Numbered from the stretch's first letter, positions 46,339 to 56,681 are shown. The stretch: 64,000 nt of DNA from an uncultured bacterium (GCA_964488475.1 CAZAUK010000016.1:73-64072), one strand, 5' to 3'. Numbers and translations: made by a program. Notes: a model not told the origin generated them from the sequence alone.

Positions 46339-48010
46339 AGAGAATCAGGAAGTTGCAAGCCCTCGCGATAGAGTGATTTCGGCTCTGCTTCAGGCGGTAA
46401 GATCGGCGGGAATTGAAATCGAGAAGGACAGTATAGATCTCGAGCGTCCCAACGATATGGCGAATGGCGACCTGAGCAGTAATATCGCGCTGGTTACCAG
46501 GGGCGGCGGAAAAGGCAATCCCAGAGAGCTGGCGTTTGAGATAGTCGAAAAGATCGACCTGAGCCCCGATTTCATAGACAGGGTGGAAGTGGCAGGCCCG
46601 GGATTTATAAACTTTTCCTTCTCAAGGCGTTATCTACTTGATCAGATAGCCGGGATAAACAGGGAAAAGGGGGACTACGGAAACCTCCCGGTGGGACGGG
46701 GGAAAAAGATTCAGATAGAATTTGTTTCTGCCAATCCAACCGGCCCGCTGGTGCTTGTATCGGCGAGGGCGGCGGCCGTGGGCGCTTCGCTGGTCAACCT
46801 TTACAGAAAAGCGGGTTATGAGGTCGATGCGGAGTATTATGTTAACGACACCGGAAGTCAGGTTGAAAAGCTCGGGATCTCTCTTATGGCCCGGTACAGA
46901 CAGCGGATGGGGGAAGATATACCTTTTCCTGCAGAAGGGTATCCGGGGGATTACCTTCTGGATATAGCTGGTCAAGTGCCCGCCGAAGAGGCCGGGGAAT
47001 GGCTGGGCCTTGAAGAGCGGGAAGCCGCTGAAAGATTCGGGGCCTTCGCCTTGGAAAAGATCATAGAAACAATAAAGACGGATCTGGATTTCTTCGAAGT
47101 CCGGTTCGACCGTTTTTTCAGGGAGTCGGATATGCACCGGCCCGACGGCGAAGTTAAGGAAGCCCTCAGGATAATGGAGAATGAGGACATGGTCTATCAG
47201 AAGGAAGGTGCCAGGTGGTTTCGATCGACCGAATATGGTGACGAGAAGGACAGGGTGGTGATAAGGAGCGATAATACTCCGACCTATTTTCTGGCCGACG
47301 CCGCATACCACCTCAACAAGCTCCGGCGCGGCTATGATGAGGTGATAGATATATTCGGTCCCGACCATCACGGTCATGTCAAGAGGCTTCAAGCGGCTTC
47401 CGCTGTCTTTGGAGCCGCCGAAGATTGGCTTAAGGTTCTTACCGTACAGTGGGTCCGGCTGATAGAGGACGGCAAGCAGGTAAGCATGTCAAAGAGAACG
47501 GGGGAGTATATAACCCTCAGGGAGCTGGTATCCGATGTGGGCAGAGACGCGGCGAAGTTTTTCTTTCTGATGCGTAAGAATAACGCTCACATGGACTTCG
47601 ATCTTTCCCTGGCCCGAAAGCAGTCAGATGAAAACCCAGTCTACTACGTGCAGTACGCCCATGCCAGAATCAGGAGCGTTATATCTTTCGCAAGGGAGAA
47701 GGATGTAGAATTCCCCGACAGTTTCGAATGCCTGGATTCACTGCGTGAGCCTGAAGAGATAGGGCTGATACGAGAACTGATAATCTTTCCCCAGCTGGTG
47801 GAAGGGGCTGTTCTCACAAACGACGCCAACCGGCTTACCACCTATGCCCAGGAGATAGCATCTTCATTTCATCATTTTTATCATATTTGCAGAATAGTAT
47901 CCAGCGACGGCCGGCTCAGCCAGGCTAGATTACTTCTGGCGGAGGCTACCAGGATAATACTGGCCGAGTCTCTAAGGCTGATAGGAGTGACAGCCCCCGA
48001 AAGGATGTAA
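46331..48010 (+). CDS. argS: Arginine--tRNA ligase
   Basis: GDLSSN, AGPGFIN, EFVSANPTGPL, MSKRTG, YVQYAHARI, APERM. Confidence 0.97.
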   Translation: MDKENQEVASPRDRVISALLQAVRSAGIEIEKDSIDLERPNDMANGDLSSNIALVTRGGGKGNPRELAFEIVEKIDLSPDFIDRVEVAGPGFINFSFSRRYLLDQIAGINREKGDYGNLPVGRGKKIQIEFVSANPTGPLVLVSARAAAVGASLVNLYRKAGYEVDAEYYVNDTGSQVEKLGISLMARYRQRMGEDIPFPAEGYPGDYLLDIAGQVPAEEAGEWLGLEEREAAERFGAFALEKIIETIKTDLDFFEVRFDRFFRESDMHRPDGEVKEALRIMENEDMVYQKEGARWFRSTEYGDEKDRVVIRSDNTPTYFLADAAYHLNKLRRGYDEVIDIFGPDHHGHVKRLQAASAVFGAAEDWLKVLTVQWVRLIEDGKQVSMSKRTGEYITLRELVSDVGRDAAKFFFLMRKNNAHMDFDLSLARKQSDENPVYYVQYAHARIRSVISFAREKDVEFPDSFECLDSLREPEEIGLIRELIIFPQLVEGAVLTNDANRLTTYAQEIASSFHHFYHICRIVSSDGRLSQARLLLAEATRIILAESLRLIGVTAPERM

Positions 48011-48157
48011 AGGAGAGTGAGGGTGCAGGGTATTTTGCGCAGTGCCGGGAAAGACCGGCGAATGTTCTTGTAAGCTATATATGGACAAGGGCTTGGGGTG
48101 TTCGTAAATTCGCTGGACCGGGACGCAGCCCTTAAATCCTTAAAGAACGGAGCTAAG

Positions 48158-49069
48158 TTGAATCTTCTGATAGTAGGTTCGGTTGCATTCGATTCAATAG
48201 AGTCGCCGGGAGGGAGTGTGGACAGGGCTCTGGGCGGATCGGCGGTATACGCCTCGCTGGCGGCCAGTTACCAGGTTCCGGTCAGACTTGTCGGTGTAGT
48301 GGGAGAGGATTTTGAGGATTCACACAGGGCGGTACTTCTGGACAGGGGCATTGATATAGAAGGACTGGAAAGTGTGAAAGGCGGCAAGACATTTTTCTGG
48401 AGAGGCATATACGGAACCGATCCAAACGACCGGGAAACCATAGTAACCGAGCTTAACGTCTTTGAGAATTTCAGTCCGTTGATTCCTGAAAATTGGAAAA
48501 GTTCCCGATGGGTCTTTCTGGCGAACATAGATCCGGATCTTCAGCTGAAGGTCCTGGATCAGTGTGAAGGGAAGCCTTTCGTGGGATGCGATACCATGAA
48601 TTTCTGGATCGGGGGAAAGCCCGGCTCGCTGGCCGAAGTCCTTCGAAGAACAGATCTCTTTTTCCTCAATGACAGCGAGGCCGTCCAGCTCAGCGGCGAG
48701 GCCAATATCTTTCTGGCGGCCAGGACCATACTGGATATGGGCCCGAAGATCGTAGTCGTCAAGAAAGGAGAGCACGGCGCCATTCTGATGACAGAGGAGA
48801 GCCTGTTTATCGCGCCGGCTTACCCGCTGGAAAGGTTTCCCGATCCCACCGGCGCCGGAGACACTTTCGCCGGTGGTTTTCTGGGGTGCCTGGCTCAGTC
48901 CGGTGAGGTAAATAAAATAAATTTACGCCGGGCCATGATTTATGGCACGGTTTTAGCGAGTTTCACCTGTGAAGGATTTTCGGTTGATTGTATCCGGAAT
49001 CTAGATATTGATATTATCAGGGAGCGGTTCAACAGGCTGGTGGAGCTCAGCCGCATCGACGAAGAATGA
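48158..49069 (+). CDS. PfkB-family carbohydrate/nucleoside kinase
   Basis: VGSVAFD, GGSAVY, KKGEHG, DPTGAGDTFAGG; probable TTG start behind GGAG. Confidence 0.92.
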   Translation: MNLLIVGSVAFDSIESPGGSVDRALGGSAVYASLAASYQVPVRLVGVVGEDFEDSHRAVLLDRGIDIEGLESVKGGKTFFWRGIYGTDPNDRETIVTELNVFENFSPLIPENWKSSRWVFLANIDPDLQLKVLDQCEGKPFVGCDTMNFWIGGKPGSLAEVLRRTDLFFLNDSEAVQLSGEANIFLAARTILDMGPKIVVVKKGEHGAILMTEESLFIAPAYPLERFPDPTGAGDTFAGGFLGCLAQSGEVNKINLRRAMIYGTVLASFTCEGFSVDCIRNLDIDIIRERFNRLVELSRIDEE

Positions 49070-49081
49070 TTCAGCAGCCCG

Positions 49082-49110
49082 TTGTAAATTGTAATTTATT
49101 GTGGTACAAT
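49082..49110 (+). promoter_or_regulatory. Sigma-70 promoter TTGTAA-N17-TACAAT with extended -10 TG
   Basis: Read directly in the AT-rich intergenic region. Confidence 0.5.
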
Positions 49111-49279
49111 GTCTTAAACAGGAACAACATTCAGGCGGAGCCTAATTGTCAAATTGGTATTGGGTTAATCGCCGCGGCAGAATGGCGGTGGTTCAGAGCC
49201 GGCGGTGCCGGGATTTCGTGATCGGGGAAAAGGGAGCGTTTTCGCGAATTGGATTAGCGCTGAAAGGGAAGGAGTCTTT

Positions 49280-50119
49280 TTGACGGGGGATTTATCAAAG
49301 CGGAAGGCCATCAGGAGGGCCGAGGAGCTTATTCTAATGCTTCGTGACATCCGCTCCTGCAGGATTTCGGCCGACGAGGATGATGAGATAGCGGAGATTC
49401 ACGTTGTGGCGGACAATTCCGGAAGATCTCCAAAGCTCATCGCCAGGGATGTCGAAGGGTGCCTGAAAGCAGAGCTGGGCCTCAAGGTCGATTACAGGAA
49501 GATCGGTGTAGTTATAATGGACTCGGATGAAGAAGAGGGAGGGGAAGAGGGATCAAACTCGGCACACGAACTCAGCGGCCGGGATAAAGAGGATGATATC
49601 GAGATAGACCAGCAAAGCGAGGCTGTTGAGCCTGCGGAGTGGTCCGGGAAAGGTGAGAATGAAGTGAGGGATAAGGGTGAATATGAACTCGAGTTTCTCG
49701 AGGAAGACTCCAGAATACGTTTCAGGGGTATGAACCTGAAGGTAGGCGAGGATTTGGTGGACGTCTATGTAAAGCTGGAGAAGGGCGGGGTCCAGGTGGT
49801 GGGTACGGCCGACGCTGTTAAACAGCACAAACCTTTCTTCAAATTGATTGCTGCCGCCACACTTGACGCGGTTACCAAACTTCTTGACGAGAAATTCCAT
49901 CTGTGCTTATCTGGGATAGAGCAAGTCAGTGTTTCGGATCGGGAAGCGATAGTTGTTTCGATTCAGGTAGTGGACGACGGGAAGGTCGAATATCTATCAG
50001 GAAGCGCCTTCATCGGGCGTGATCCCAACGAGACGGCGGCGCTTGCCGTTCTGGACGCGATTAACAGGCCTTTCGGGAGATGGAAATCGCGCAGGCGGGT
50101 CCACTATAGAATTAGATAG
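49280..50119 (+). CDS. Conserved hypothetical protein upstream of the HD-GYP gene, with an acidic linker
   Basis: ORF 49205..50119; probable TTG start at 49280 behind GGAG; two folded-looking regions joined by an E/D-rich linker. Confidence 0.7.
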   Translation: MTGDLSKRKAIRRAEELILMLRDIRSCRISADEDDEIAEIHVVADNSGRSPKLIARDVEGCLKAELGLKVDYRKIGVVIMDSDEEEGGEEGSNSAHELSGRDKEDDIEIDQQSEAVEPAEWSGKGENEVRDKGEYELEFLEEDSRIRFRGMNLKVGEDLVDVYVKLEKGGVQVVGTADAVKQHKPFFKLIAAATLDAVTKLLDEKFHLCLSGIEQVSVSDREAIVVSIQVVDDGKVEYLSGSAFIGRDPNETAALAVLDAINRPFGRWKSRRRVHYRIR

Positions 50120-50215
50120 ATCGCCTTCCGTAACTACCGGCCTGCGATATTCTCCAGCGTGAAATTGAATCGTGCGCTCAATTTGGACAGGTTTTCACGG
50201 CCGAGCCTTTGGATA

Positions 50216-50231
50216 TGGCATAGAAAGTGCA
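50216..50231 (+). promoter_or_regulatory. Candidate sigma-54 promoter TGGCATAGAAAGTGCA
   Basis: TGGCA and TGC at exact spacing, about 65 nt before the HD-GYP start. Confidence 0.55.
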
Positions 50232-50296
50232 ATTTTTAAGTTGAATGCCTGAAAGAGGCTGAGTGATAACCTGAGATACTTTTCAGCGGGAGTGCC

Positions 50297-51613
50297 TTGA
50301 ACAGCAATACCGAGAAAAAAAGCTGGGGATACAGGCTATACTACACGGCGTTCGTGCTGGCGGGCGTGGCTGTGCTGTTCTATTACATGAGGCAGCTGCC
50401 CGGTGGTTACTACAGAGATATATTTCTCTTTATCGTCCTGATAATAATAGCCGATTTCGTACAGATACCACTTCCCCGAGGGGGTTCCAGTATATCTACC
50501 TCTTCCGCCATCGATCTCGCCGGAATAATTCTGTTCGGTCCGGCGGTCATGGTCCTGGTGGAGACGATCGCCACATTTATTACCGAGGGGGTACTGCAGA
50601 GAAAACCCCTCAGGAAACTTATTTTCAACATCCCCCTCCTTGCCATAACGGTAGGTTCGGCCGGTTACGTATACCGGGCCTTCGGTGATATGGGAAACCC
50701 TGATTCTCCGATGTTCCTGATACCGCTTGCCGCGGCGGGGATTGTCTACTACATGGTAAATACCTGGTCGATATCTCTGATCATCGCCCTGGACAGCTCC
50801 AGGAACCCTTTCTACGTATGGATGCAGAATTACATGTGGTACTTCTTTCATATCTTCGCATTTCTGCCTATAGGAGCCGTTATCGCCCTGCTATACTCCA
50901 ATACTGGAATCTGGACGATAACCCTCTTTATAATCCCGCTGTTTCTCGCCAGGTATTCTTTCCAGCTCTACCTGGACATGAGAGAAACCAACATTCAGAC
51001 AGTGGCAGCATTGACATCAGCCATAGATGCCTCGGACCCATTTACTCACGGCCATTCCTACAGGGTCTCACAGTACGCCCTGCTGATAGCAAAAGAGATG
51101 GGGTGGTCGGCTAAGGACATGGAAACTCTGGAGTACGCCGCCCTTCTTCACGACGTGGGCAAGATATCGGTGAATAACGAGGTTCTTCTAAAGGTAGGAC
51201 CCCTTACAGAGGATGAATGGCAGTCGCTTCGAAACCACCCCGACGTGGGCGCTGATATAGTAGAGAGGCTCAAGTTTTTGAAGGAGGCGGTCGAGATAAT
51301 CCGCTGCCACCACGAACGTCCGGATGGGGGAGGTTATCCCAGGGGGCTCAAGGAGGACCAGATACCTCTGGGCGCGCACATACTCAATGTGGTTGACGCC
51401 TTCGACGCGATGACCTCGGACCGTCCCTACAGAAAAGCCCTGCCAGTGGAAAAGGTGATTCAGGAACTGGAAACTTATAGGGGAACCCAGTTTCAACTGG
51501 ATGTGGCTGATCTTGTCCTGAGACTTTACCGCGAAGGGAAGTTTCCCATAATAGTGGAGACTGACGCCACCACAGAAATCTACAACACTCTGAGGGAAGC
51601 GGTTCACGTCTGA
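50297..51613 (+). CDS. Membrane-bound HD-GYP c-di-GMP phosphodiesterase
   Basis: About 6 N-terminal TM segments; THGHSYRV, LLHDVGK, HHERPDGGGYPRGL, DAFDAMTSDRPYR. Confidence 0.92.
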   Translation: MNSNTEKKSWGYRLYYTAFVLAGVAVLFYYMRQLPGGYYRDIFLFIVLIIIADFVQIPLPRGGSSISTSSAIDLAGIILFGPAVMVLVETIATFITEGVLQRKPLRKLIFNIPLLAITVGSAGYVYRAFGDMGNPDSPMFLIPLAAAGIVYYMVNTWSISLIIALDSSRNPFYVWMQNYMWYFFHIFAFLPIGAVIALLYSNTGIWTITLFIIPLFLARYSFQLYLDMRETNIQTVAALTSAIDASDPFTHGHSYRVSQYALLIAKEMGWSAKDMETLEYAALLHDVGKISVNNEVLLKVGPLTEDEWQSLRNHPDVGADIVERLKFLKEAVEIIRCHHERPDGGGYPRGLKEDQIPLGAHILNVVDAFDAMTSDRPYRKALPVEKVIQELETYRGTQFQLDVADLVLRLYREGKFPIIVETDATTEIYNTLREAVHV

Positions 51614-51755
51614 CCGGCGGTTTTCGACCGCCCCCGGGCGTAATTTGTGAAATTCAGTTAAAATAACAATTGCCTATGGAATAGTCCTCCCTTTTGATTA
51701 TAATAGGTTAACAGAAAAATAAACCTTTCAGGACTGGACCAGAAAGGATCGTCGA

Positions 51756-52778
51756 GTGAGCTCAAAATACAGGGAATCGGGAGTGGATATAGACGCCGCG
51801 GGCAAGGCCCTTGATTCAGCGGGCGGAATGATCAGAAAGACCTGGGGTGCCAGTGTACTTTCTGAAACGGGCAATTTCGGAGGGTTATTCCGCATGCCCG
51901 AAGGTTACGATGAACCAGTGCTGGTTTCCAGCGTGGATGGCGTCGGTACCAAGCTTAAGGTGGCGTTTCTGTCTGGAAAGCATGATACGGTAGGAGAAGA
52001 CCTGGTGAATCACTGTGTCAATGATATTCTGGTGCAGGGCGCTAAGCCTCTCTTTTTCCTTGACTATATAGGATGTGGAAAACTTGAGCCCAAAATAGTT
52101 ACTGAGATAATAAAGGGTTTCTCCAGAGGATGCCAGAACAACGGTTGCGCCCTCATCGGGGGAGAGACGGCCGAAATGCCCGGCTTTTACAAAAAAGGGG
52201 AGTATGATCTGGCCGGATGTATAGTCGGAATCGTGGAGAAGAAGCGTATAATAGACGGTGGACGCATTGAAGCGGGAGATGAAGTATGGGCTCTGCCTTC
52301 CGGCGGTCTTCATACCAATGGTTATTCACTGGCCAGGAAGGTTGTCTTTAAGGACCAGGGACTGGGCGTTGAGGACACTCTGCCCGGCGGGCCGATAACT
52401 GCAGGGGAAGAGCTTTTGAAAGTTCACAGAAGCTATCTGAAGGAGGTAGAAGAACTTCAGTGCTGCGTGGATATAAAGGGGCTGGCCCATATAACCGGAG
52501 GCGGACTGGTCGAAAACATACCGAGGATACTTCCAAAAGGCACAGCGGTCCAGATCGAGACCGGCTCCTGGGAAATTCCCGCTGTATTCAGGTTCCTTAT
52601 GGAGTGGGGAGGGATATCCAGAGAGGAGATGTACAGGGTTTTCAATATGGGCATCGGTATGGCGGTCATCATTTCTCCCGGTGACGGGAAGAAAATGAAG
52701 TCGGTACAGAAACTCCGATGGAATCCGTTTCATATTGGAAGAGTGACCACAGGAGGGGGGAAAGTTATCCTCTCCTGA
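51756..52778 (+). CDS. purM: Phosphoribosylformylglycinamidine cyclo-ligase
   Basis: YRESGVDI, DGVGTK, GGETAEMPG, GLHTNGY, HITGGG, FNMGIG. Confidence 0.96.
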   Translation: MSSKYRESGVDIDAAGKALDSAGGMIRKTWGASVLSETGNFGGLFRMPEGYDEPVLVSSVDGVGTKLKVAFLSGKHDTVGEDLVNHCVNDILVQGAKPLFFLDYIGCGKLEPKIVTEIIKGFSRGCQNNGCALIGGETAEMPGFYKKGEYDLAGCIVGIVEKKRIIDGGRIEAGDEVWALPSGGLHTNGYSLARKVVFKDQGLGVEDTLPGGPITAGEELLKVHRSYLKEVEELQCCVDIKGLAHITGGGLVENIPRILPKGTAVQIETGSWEIPAVFRFLMEWGGISREEMYRVFNMGIGMAVIISPGDGKKMKSVQKLRWNPFHIGRVTTGGGKVILS

Positions 52779-52824
52779 GGATGATTTATGTCTGATTTTA
52801 AAAGAATCGCCTCTTTCACTTTTC

Positions 52825-52854
52825 TTGACACCTTCGACCGGGCGGTGCTAACAT
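52825..52854 (+). promoter_or_regulatory. Sigma-70 promoter TTGACA-N18-TAACAT with TG extension
   Basis: Perfect -35 box upstream of the STAS pair. Confidence 0.5.
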
Positions 52855-52953
52855 AACCAATCATAGATTTTAATTGTGCGAAGAAGAAATTAATTGTATT
52901 ATTTATCAACCAGCAAAAACAGATATATATAGGGGTGAATAGAGGAGAATATT

Positions 52954-53298
52954 ATGCTGAATATCGAAAAAAGCGAAGAGAATGGTGTAATGATACTGGA
53001 ACTGGAAGGCCAGATTGACGGCGGGCCTAAGTCGCAGAAGATTCAGGAAATAATAAAGGACGCGATTGAGGCGGGGAAGAAGAAATTTGTGTTCGATATG
53101 AATGAAGTCCAGTGGCTTAATTCACTTGGAGCGGGCGTCCTGATAGCCTCTTACGCCTCCGTCAGGAGAAAAGAAGGATCGATAAATCTGGTGGGGGTAT
53201 CAGACAGGGTCAAGGTAGTCCTCAAGACCTGCGGCCTGGTACCGACCGTTTTCAAGGAATTCGATAATAAAGAAGACGCCATCAAGGATCTGCAGTAA
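52954..53298 (+). CDS. STAS anti-sigma factor antagonist
   Basis: 114 aa; LEGQID, DMNEVQWLNSLGAG. Confidence 0.88.
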   Translation: MLNIEKSEENGVMILELEGQIDGGPKSQKIQEIIKDAIEAGKKKFVFDMNEVQWLNSLGAGVLIASYASVRRKEGSINLVGVSDRVKVVLKTCGLVPTVFKEFDNKEDAIKDLQ

Positions 53299-53328
53299 CT
53301 GGTTGATATTCTCCGAAAGGAAGTCCAC

Positions 53329-53670
53329 ATGAAGATCAAGACAACCGAAAAAGAAGGAATAACGATATTGAGAATGTCCGGCGAGATGCACGGCGGCGCC
53401 AAGAATCTGGAGTTGATCGACGTGGTCAAAGAACTAGCCGCCGAGAACAAACTCGATATTGTAATGAATCTCTCCAAGGTCAAGTGGATATCCAGTACAG
53501 GCTTGGGTATTCTCGTTTCCGCCAGATCCCATCTGGCCAAGGAAGGCGGAGTAATAAAACTCTGCAAGCCCAACGACAGGATTCTGGGAATATTACAGGT
53601 TACCCGCCTTAACATGCTTTTCGACGTTTACGATTCCGAAAAGGAAGCCATCGCCAGCTTTAAGGAATAG
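53329..53670 (+). CDS. STAS anti-sigma factor antagonist
   Basis: 113 aa; NLSKVKWISSTGLG, LQVTRL. Confidence 0.9.
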   Translation: MKIKTTEKEGITILRMSGEMHGGAKNLELIDVVKELAAENKLDIVMNLSKVKWISSTGLGILVSARSHLAKEGGVIKLCKPNDRILGILQVTRLNMLFDVYDSEKEAIASFKE

Positions 53671-54958
53671 CAGTTATCCCGTATCTCTCATTTTCGATCA
53701 CCGAACCGGGCAGCGAGAAAGCGTCGCTCTGAAGGTCCCCCAGGTAATCTCCCGAAGTTGAAATGAAGGCCAGACGGTCGTTTCTTTTGTCGATTATATA
53801 GAGGGTGTCTCCAAGCGCCGCGATATCCCCCCATCTGCCCGCGTCATCAGCGTTACCGAATTTCTCGTAGAAATCTATGATCTCATATTGGCTACGCAGA
53901 TGTGAATCGAACTTCCTTATCGATCTCTCCGTTCCTGTTCCGTCTATGGTCAGGTAGACCGTTCCGGTCGAGTCCACGCACATTCCGCGGGGCGCCGAAG
54001 AACCTGTATCTCCGATGTAATCTTCATAACTGTTTTCCTGTATCTGTCTGGCCCCATCCCATTCGGCGCCTCTGATCCAGTAATTAGGGCTGGACCCCGT
54101 GATATAATAGACCGTTCTGTCCAGTGGGCTGACTGCCAGGTTTTCAGCCAGGGAGGAACTGTAGTAGAGTGGTGAAAGCTGCTGCTGAGGGCAAGAGACG
54201 AGGAAAAGCGAGCCGGGCGATCCGCATACCAGCACTCCGCCCGGATTGGGTACTATCTCCGCCTCCAGTTCGACGCTGAATACGCAGTAACTGCTAAGCG
54301 ATTCTGTCTCAGGATTCACCTTGAATATTTCCGACCTGGTAGCCACGTAGAGCTCTCCTCGGGGAGATAAGGCCAAATCTATCAGCCACTCCGTGGTCTC
54401 CAGAACTTTCTCGATGTTCTGGGTGGCGGGATCGTAGTCGATCAGCACCGAGCCTGAACCGCTGAGAAGGCTGGAGCTGGTCGTGGTTATCATTATGTGG
54501 CCGGATGGCCAGTGGTCTGCCTTAGTGGTCGATTCCTCCTCGCATTGCACTTCCCTGGCCGTCGCCGAGAAGGCTGCGCTGTCCTCTTCGCATACCACGC
54601 TGGCCGACTGGGTCCCCGGTTCGGTTCCCAGTCTGAACCGGAATGACGCGGTCCCGTCCTGGCCGGTGACCGCCGAAGAGGGGGTGACCTCCGCGCCGGG
54701 CTCATCGGTAGAGAAGAACAAACGAACGCCGGAATGGACGGTTCCAAGAACATTGGTAGTCTGTACGACCAGGGGGGCGGGCAGGTTCGCTCCAGTCCGT
54801 TCGATCTGGTTATCACCGCTGATCTTGTTGATGCGGATCTGCTGAAGCCGCTGGTCGTAATCCTCGGCGTTTTCGTCGCAGGAATTCATCAGTATGACCG
54901 GAATTATTCCGATCAATGCCCAGAGAGCGGCCGTTATTAATGGATTTTCTCTTTTCAT
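53660..54958 (-). CDS. Lipoprotein with an Ig-like domain and a probable beta-propeller
   Basis: LMNSC lipobox; ISGDNQ...LPAPLVV...TGQDG.A Ig-like pattern; propeller-like repeats (RGMCVDSTG). Confidence 0.65.
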   Translation of the reverse strand: MKRENPLITAALWALIGIIPVILMNSCDENAEDYDQRLQQIRINKISGDNQIERTGANLPAPLVVQTTNVLGTVHSGVRLFFSTDEPGAEVTPSSAVTGQDGTASFRFRLGTEPGTQSASVVCEEDSAAFSATAREVQCEEESTTKADHWPSGHIMITTTSSSLLSGSGSVLIDYDPATQNIEKVLETTEWLIDLALSPRGELYVATRSEIFKVNPETESLSSYCVFSVELEAEIVPNPGGVLVCGSPGSLFLVSCPQQQLSPLYYSSSLAENLAVSPLDRTVYYITGSSPNYWIRGAEWDGARQIQENSYEDYIGDTGSSAPRGMCVDSTGTVYLTIDGTGTERSIRKFDSHLRSQYEIIDFYEKFGNADDAGRWGDIAALGDTLYIIDKRNDRLAFISTSGDYLGDLQSDAFSLPGSVIENERYGITAIP

Positions 54959-55130
54959 AGATAGACCCTCCGAATACTCCCGGCTTTGATTTACCCGGTT
55001 TTCCCGATAATCATTGTATTAACCTTAAGGCAAAGTGTAAAATCAGTCAACAAAGATAGAGACGGCAAAAACGGTCTGAAGATTCTCAAATATTTCCGGA
55101 AGGGTTCCGGATTGAACAAGGGGAGGAGAT

Positions 55131-56681
55131 TTGAACGGAGAAACAACCTATCCCTGGGTCGTAAAGAGAGATATAGACGGATTCTTTGGGCTGGCCATAG
55201 ATAATCTGATTCAGTTTCTGCTTATAGCTTCCCTGTGTCCTGTGATAGCAGGAATTCCATCCTGGTTCGTTTTCAGCAGGATTCTGCCGGGGGCGGCATT
55301 ATCCCTGATCGTCGGTAATCTCTTCTACTCGTACCAGGCCAGGAAACTGGCCCGGGAGGAGGGAAGGGACGACGTGACCGCACTGCCCTACGGGATAAAC
55401 ACTGTAAGCCTTTTCGCCTACCTCATTTTCATCATGGGGCCGGTCTACCGGGAGACCGGGAGCTGGGAAATAGCCTGGAAGGTAGGTATGCTCGCCTGTT
55501 TTCTCAGCGGTATTATCGAGTTCGGGTCGGCTTTTTTCATGGATACCCTGAGAAGGATAACCCCGAGGGCGGCTCTTCTTTCCACTCTGGCCGGAATAGC
55601 TATAACTTTTATTTCAATAGATTTCGCGCTCCAGACTTTTGAAAAGCCCCTGATAGCTATGCTTCCCCTGGCCATAATCCTTATACAGTATTTCTCAAAG
55701 GTGAGGTTTCCCTGGGGCCTTCCCGGCGGAATGGTGGCCCTGGTAGCGGGAACCATCCTGGCCTGGGCGTTTGGCATCATGGACACCGGGGCGATAAGTT
55801 CGGCCGCTTCCCAGGTAGGGCTGAACAGTCCGAAGTTTTCCGGGACCGGCCTGTTCGAGGTGATCAGGAGTCCATATTTATACAGGTATCTCTCCATAAT
55901 AATCCCTATGGGGCTGTTCAACGTCTTCGGTTCCATTCAGAACCTGGAGAGCGCTGAGGCGGCGGGCGACAGATACGAGACCAAACCCTCCCTCGCAGTA
56001 AACGGCATAGGTTCTCTCCTGGCGTCTTTTTTCGGATCCTGTTTTCCCACAACCATATACATCGGACATCCCGGCTGGAAGGGGCTGGGAGCAAGGACGG
56101 GCTATTCCCTTCTAAACGGTGTGTTTTTCGTCATAATTTCTCTGGCCGGCTGCGTAAGGCTGATCAATTCAGTCGTTCCGATGGAAGCCGGGATAGCCAT
56201 AGTGTTATGGATCGGGGTGATGATCGGGGCCCAGGCCTTCCAGGCGACTCCCAGAAGCCACGCCCCGGCCGTGGTAGTGGGGCTGTTCCCAGCCTTCGCC
56301 GCCTGGGGAGTCAATATACTCAAGCAGGCCTACATGGGCGCGGGAACCACCCTGGCCGAGCAGGCCGCAAAGGGAATTCCCATTAACGGAGCGATGGGGA
56401 TGCTCGCCCTGGAGAAAGGTTTTATTTTCTCCTCCATGATCCTGGCCGCGGTAAGTGTGTTTCTGATAGAGAAGGATTTTCTGAAGGCCTGTGTCTGGTC
56501 GGCAGCGGGAATGGTCCTGGCATTTTTCGGAATCATACATACCTTTAAATTCATGGGAAACGAGACCAGCAGCGTCATAGGCTGGAACGCGGGAGGAGAG
56601 TTCGCGTTCGGCTATCTCTGCTTCGCCCTGGTATTTCTTGTCTTCTATCTATTGAGGCAGAGAAAGGCAGAGGAAGGCTAA
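55131..56681 (+). CDS. NCS2-family permease (xanthine/uracil/vitamin C type)
   Basis: DIDGFFGLAIDN, TALPYGIN, AEAAGD.Y, YIGHPGWK; many TM segments. Confidence 0.9.
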   Translation: MNGETTYPWVVKRDIDGFFGLAIDNLIQFLLIASLCPVIAGIPSWFVFSRILPGAALSLIVGNLFYSYQARKLAREEGRDDVTALPYGINTVSLFAYLIFIMGPVYRETGSWEIAWKVGMLACFLSGIIEFGSAFFMDTLRRITPRAALLSTLAGIAITFISIDFALQTFEKPLIAMLPLAIILIQYFSKVRFPWGLPGGMVALVAGTILAWAFGIMDTGAISSAASQVGLNSPKFSGTGLFEVIRSPYLYRYLSIIIPMGLFNVFGSIQNLESAEAAGDRYETKPSLAVNGIGSLLASFFGSCFPTTIYIGHPGWKGLGARTGYSLLNGVFFVIISLAGCVRLINSVVPMEAGIAIVLWIGVMIGAQAFQATPRSHAPAVVVGLFPAFAAWGVNILKQAYMGAGTTLAEQAAKGIPINGAMGMLALEKGFIFSSMILAAVSVFLIEKDFLKACVWSAAGMVLAFFGIIHTFKFMGNETSSVIGWNAGGEFAFGYLCFALVFLVFYLLRQRKAEEG

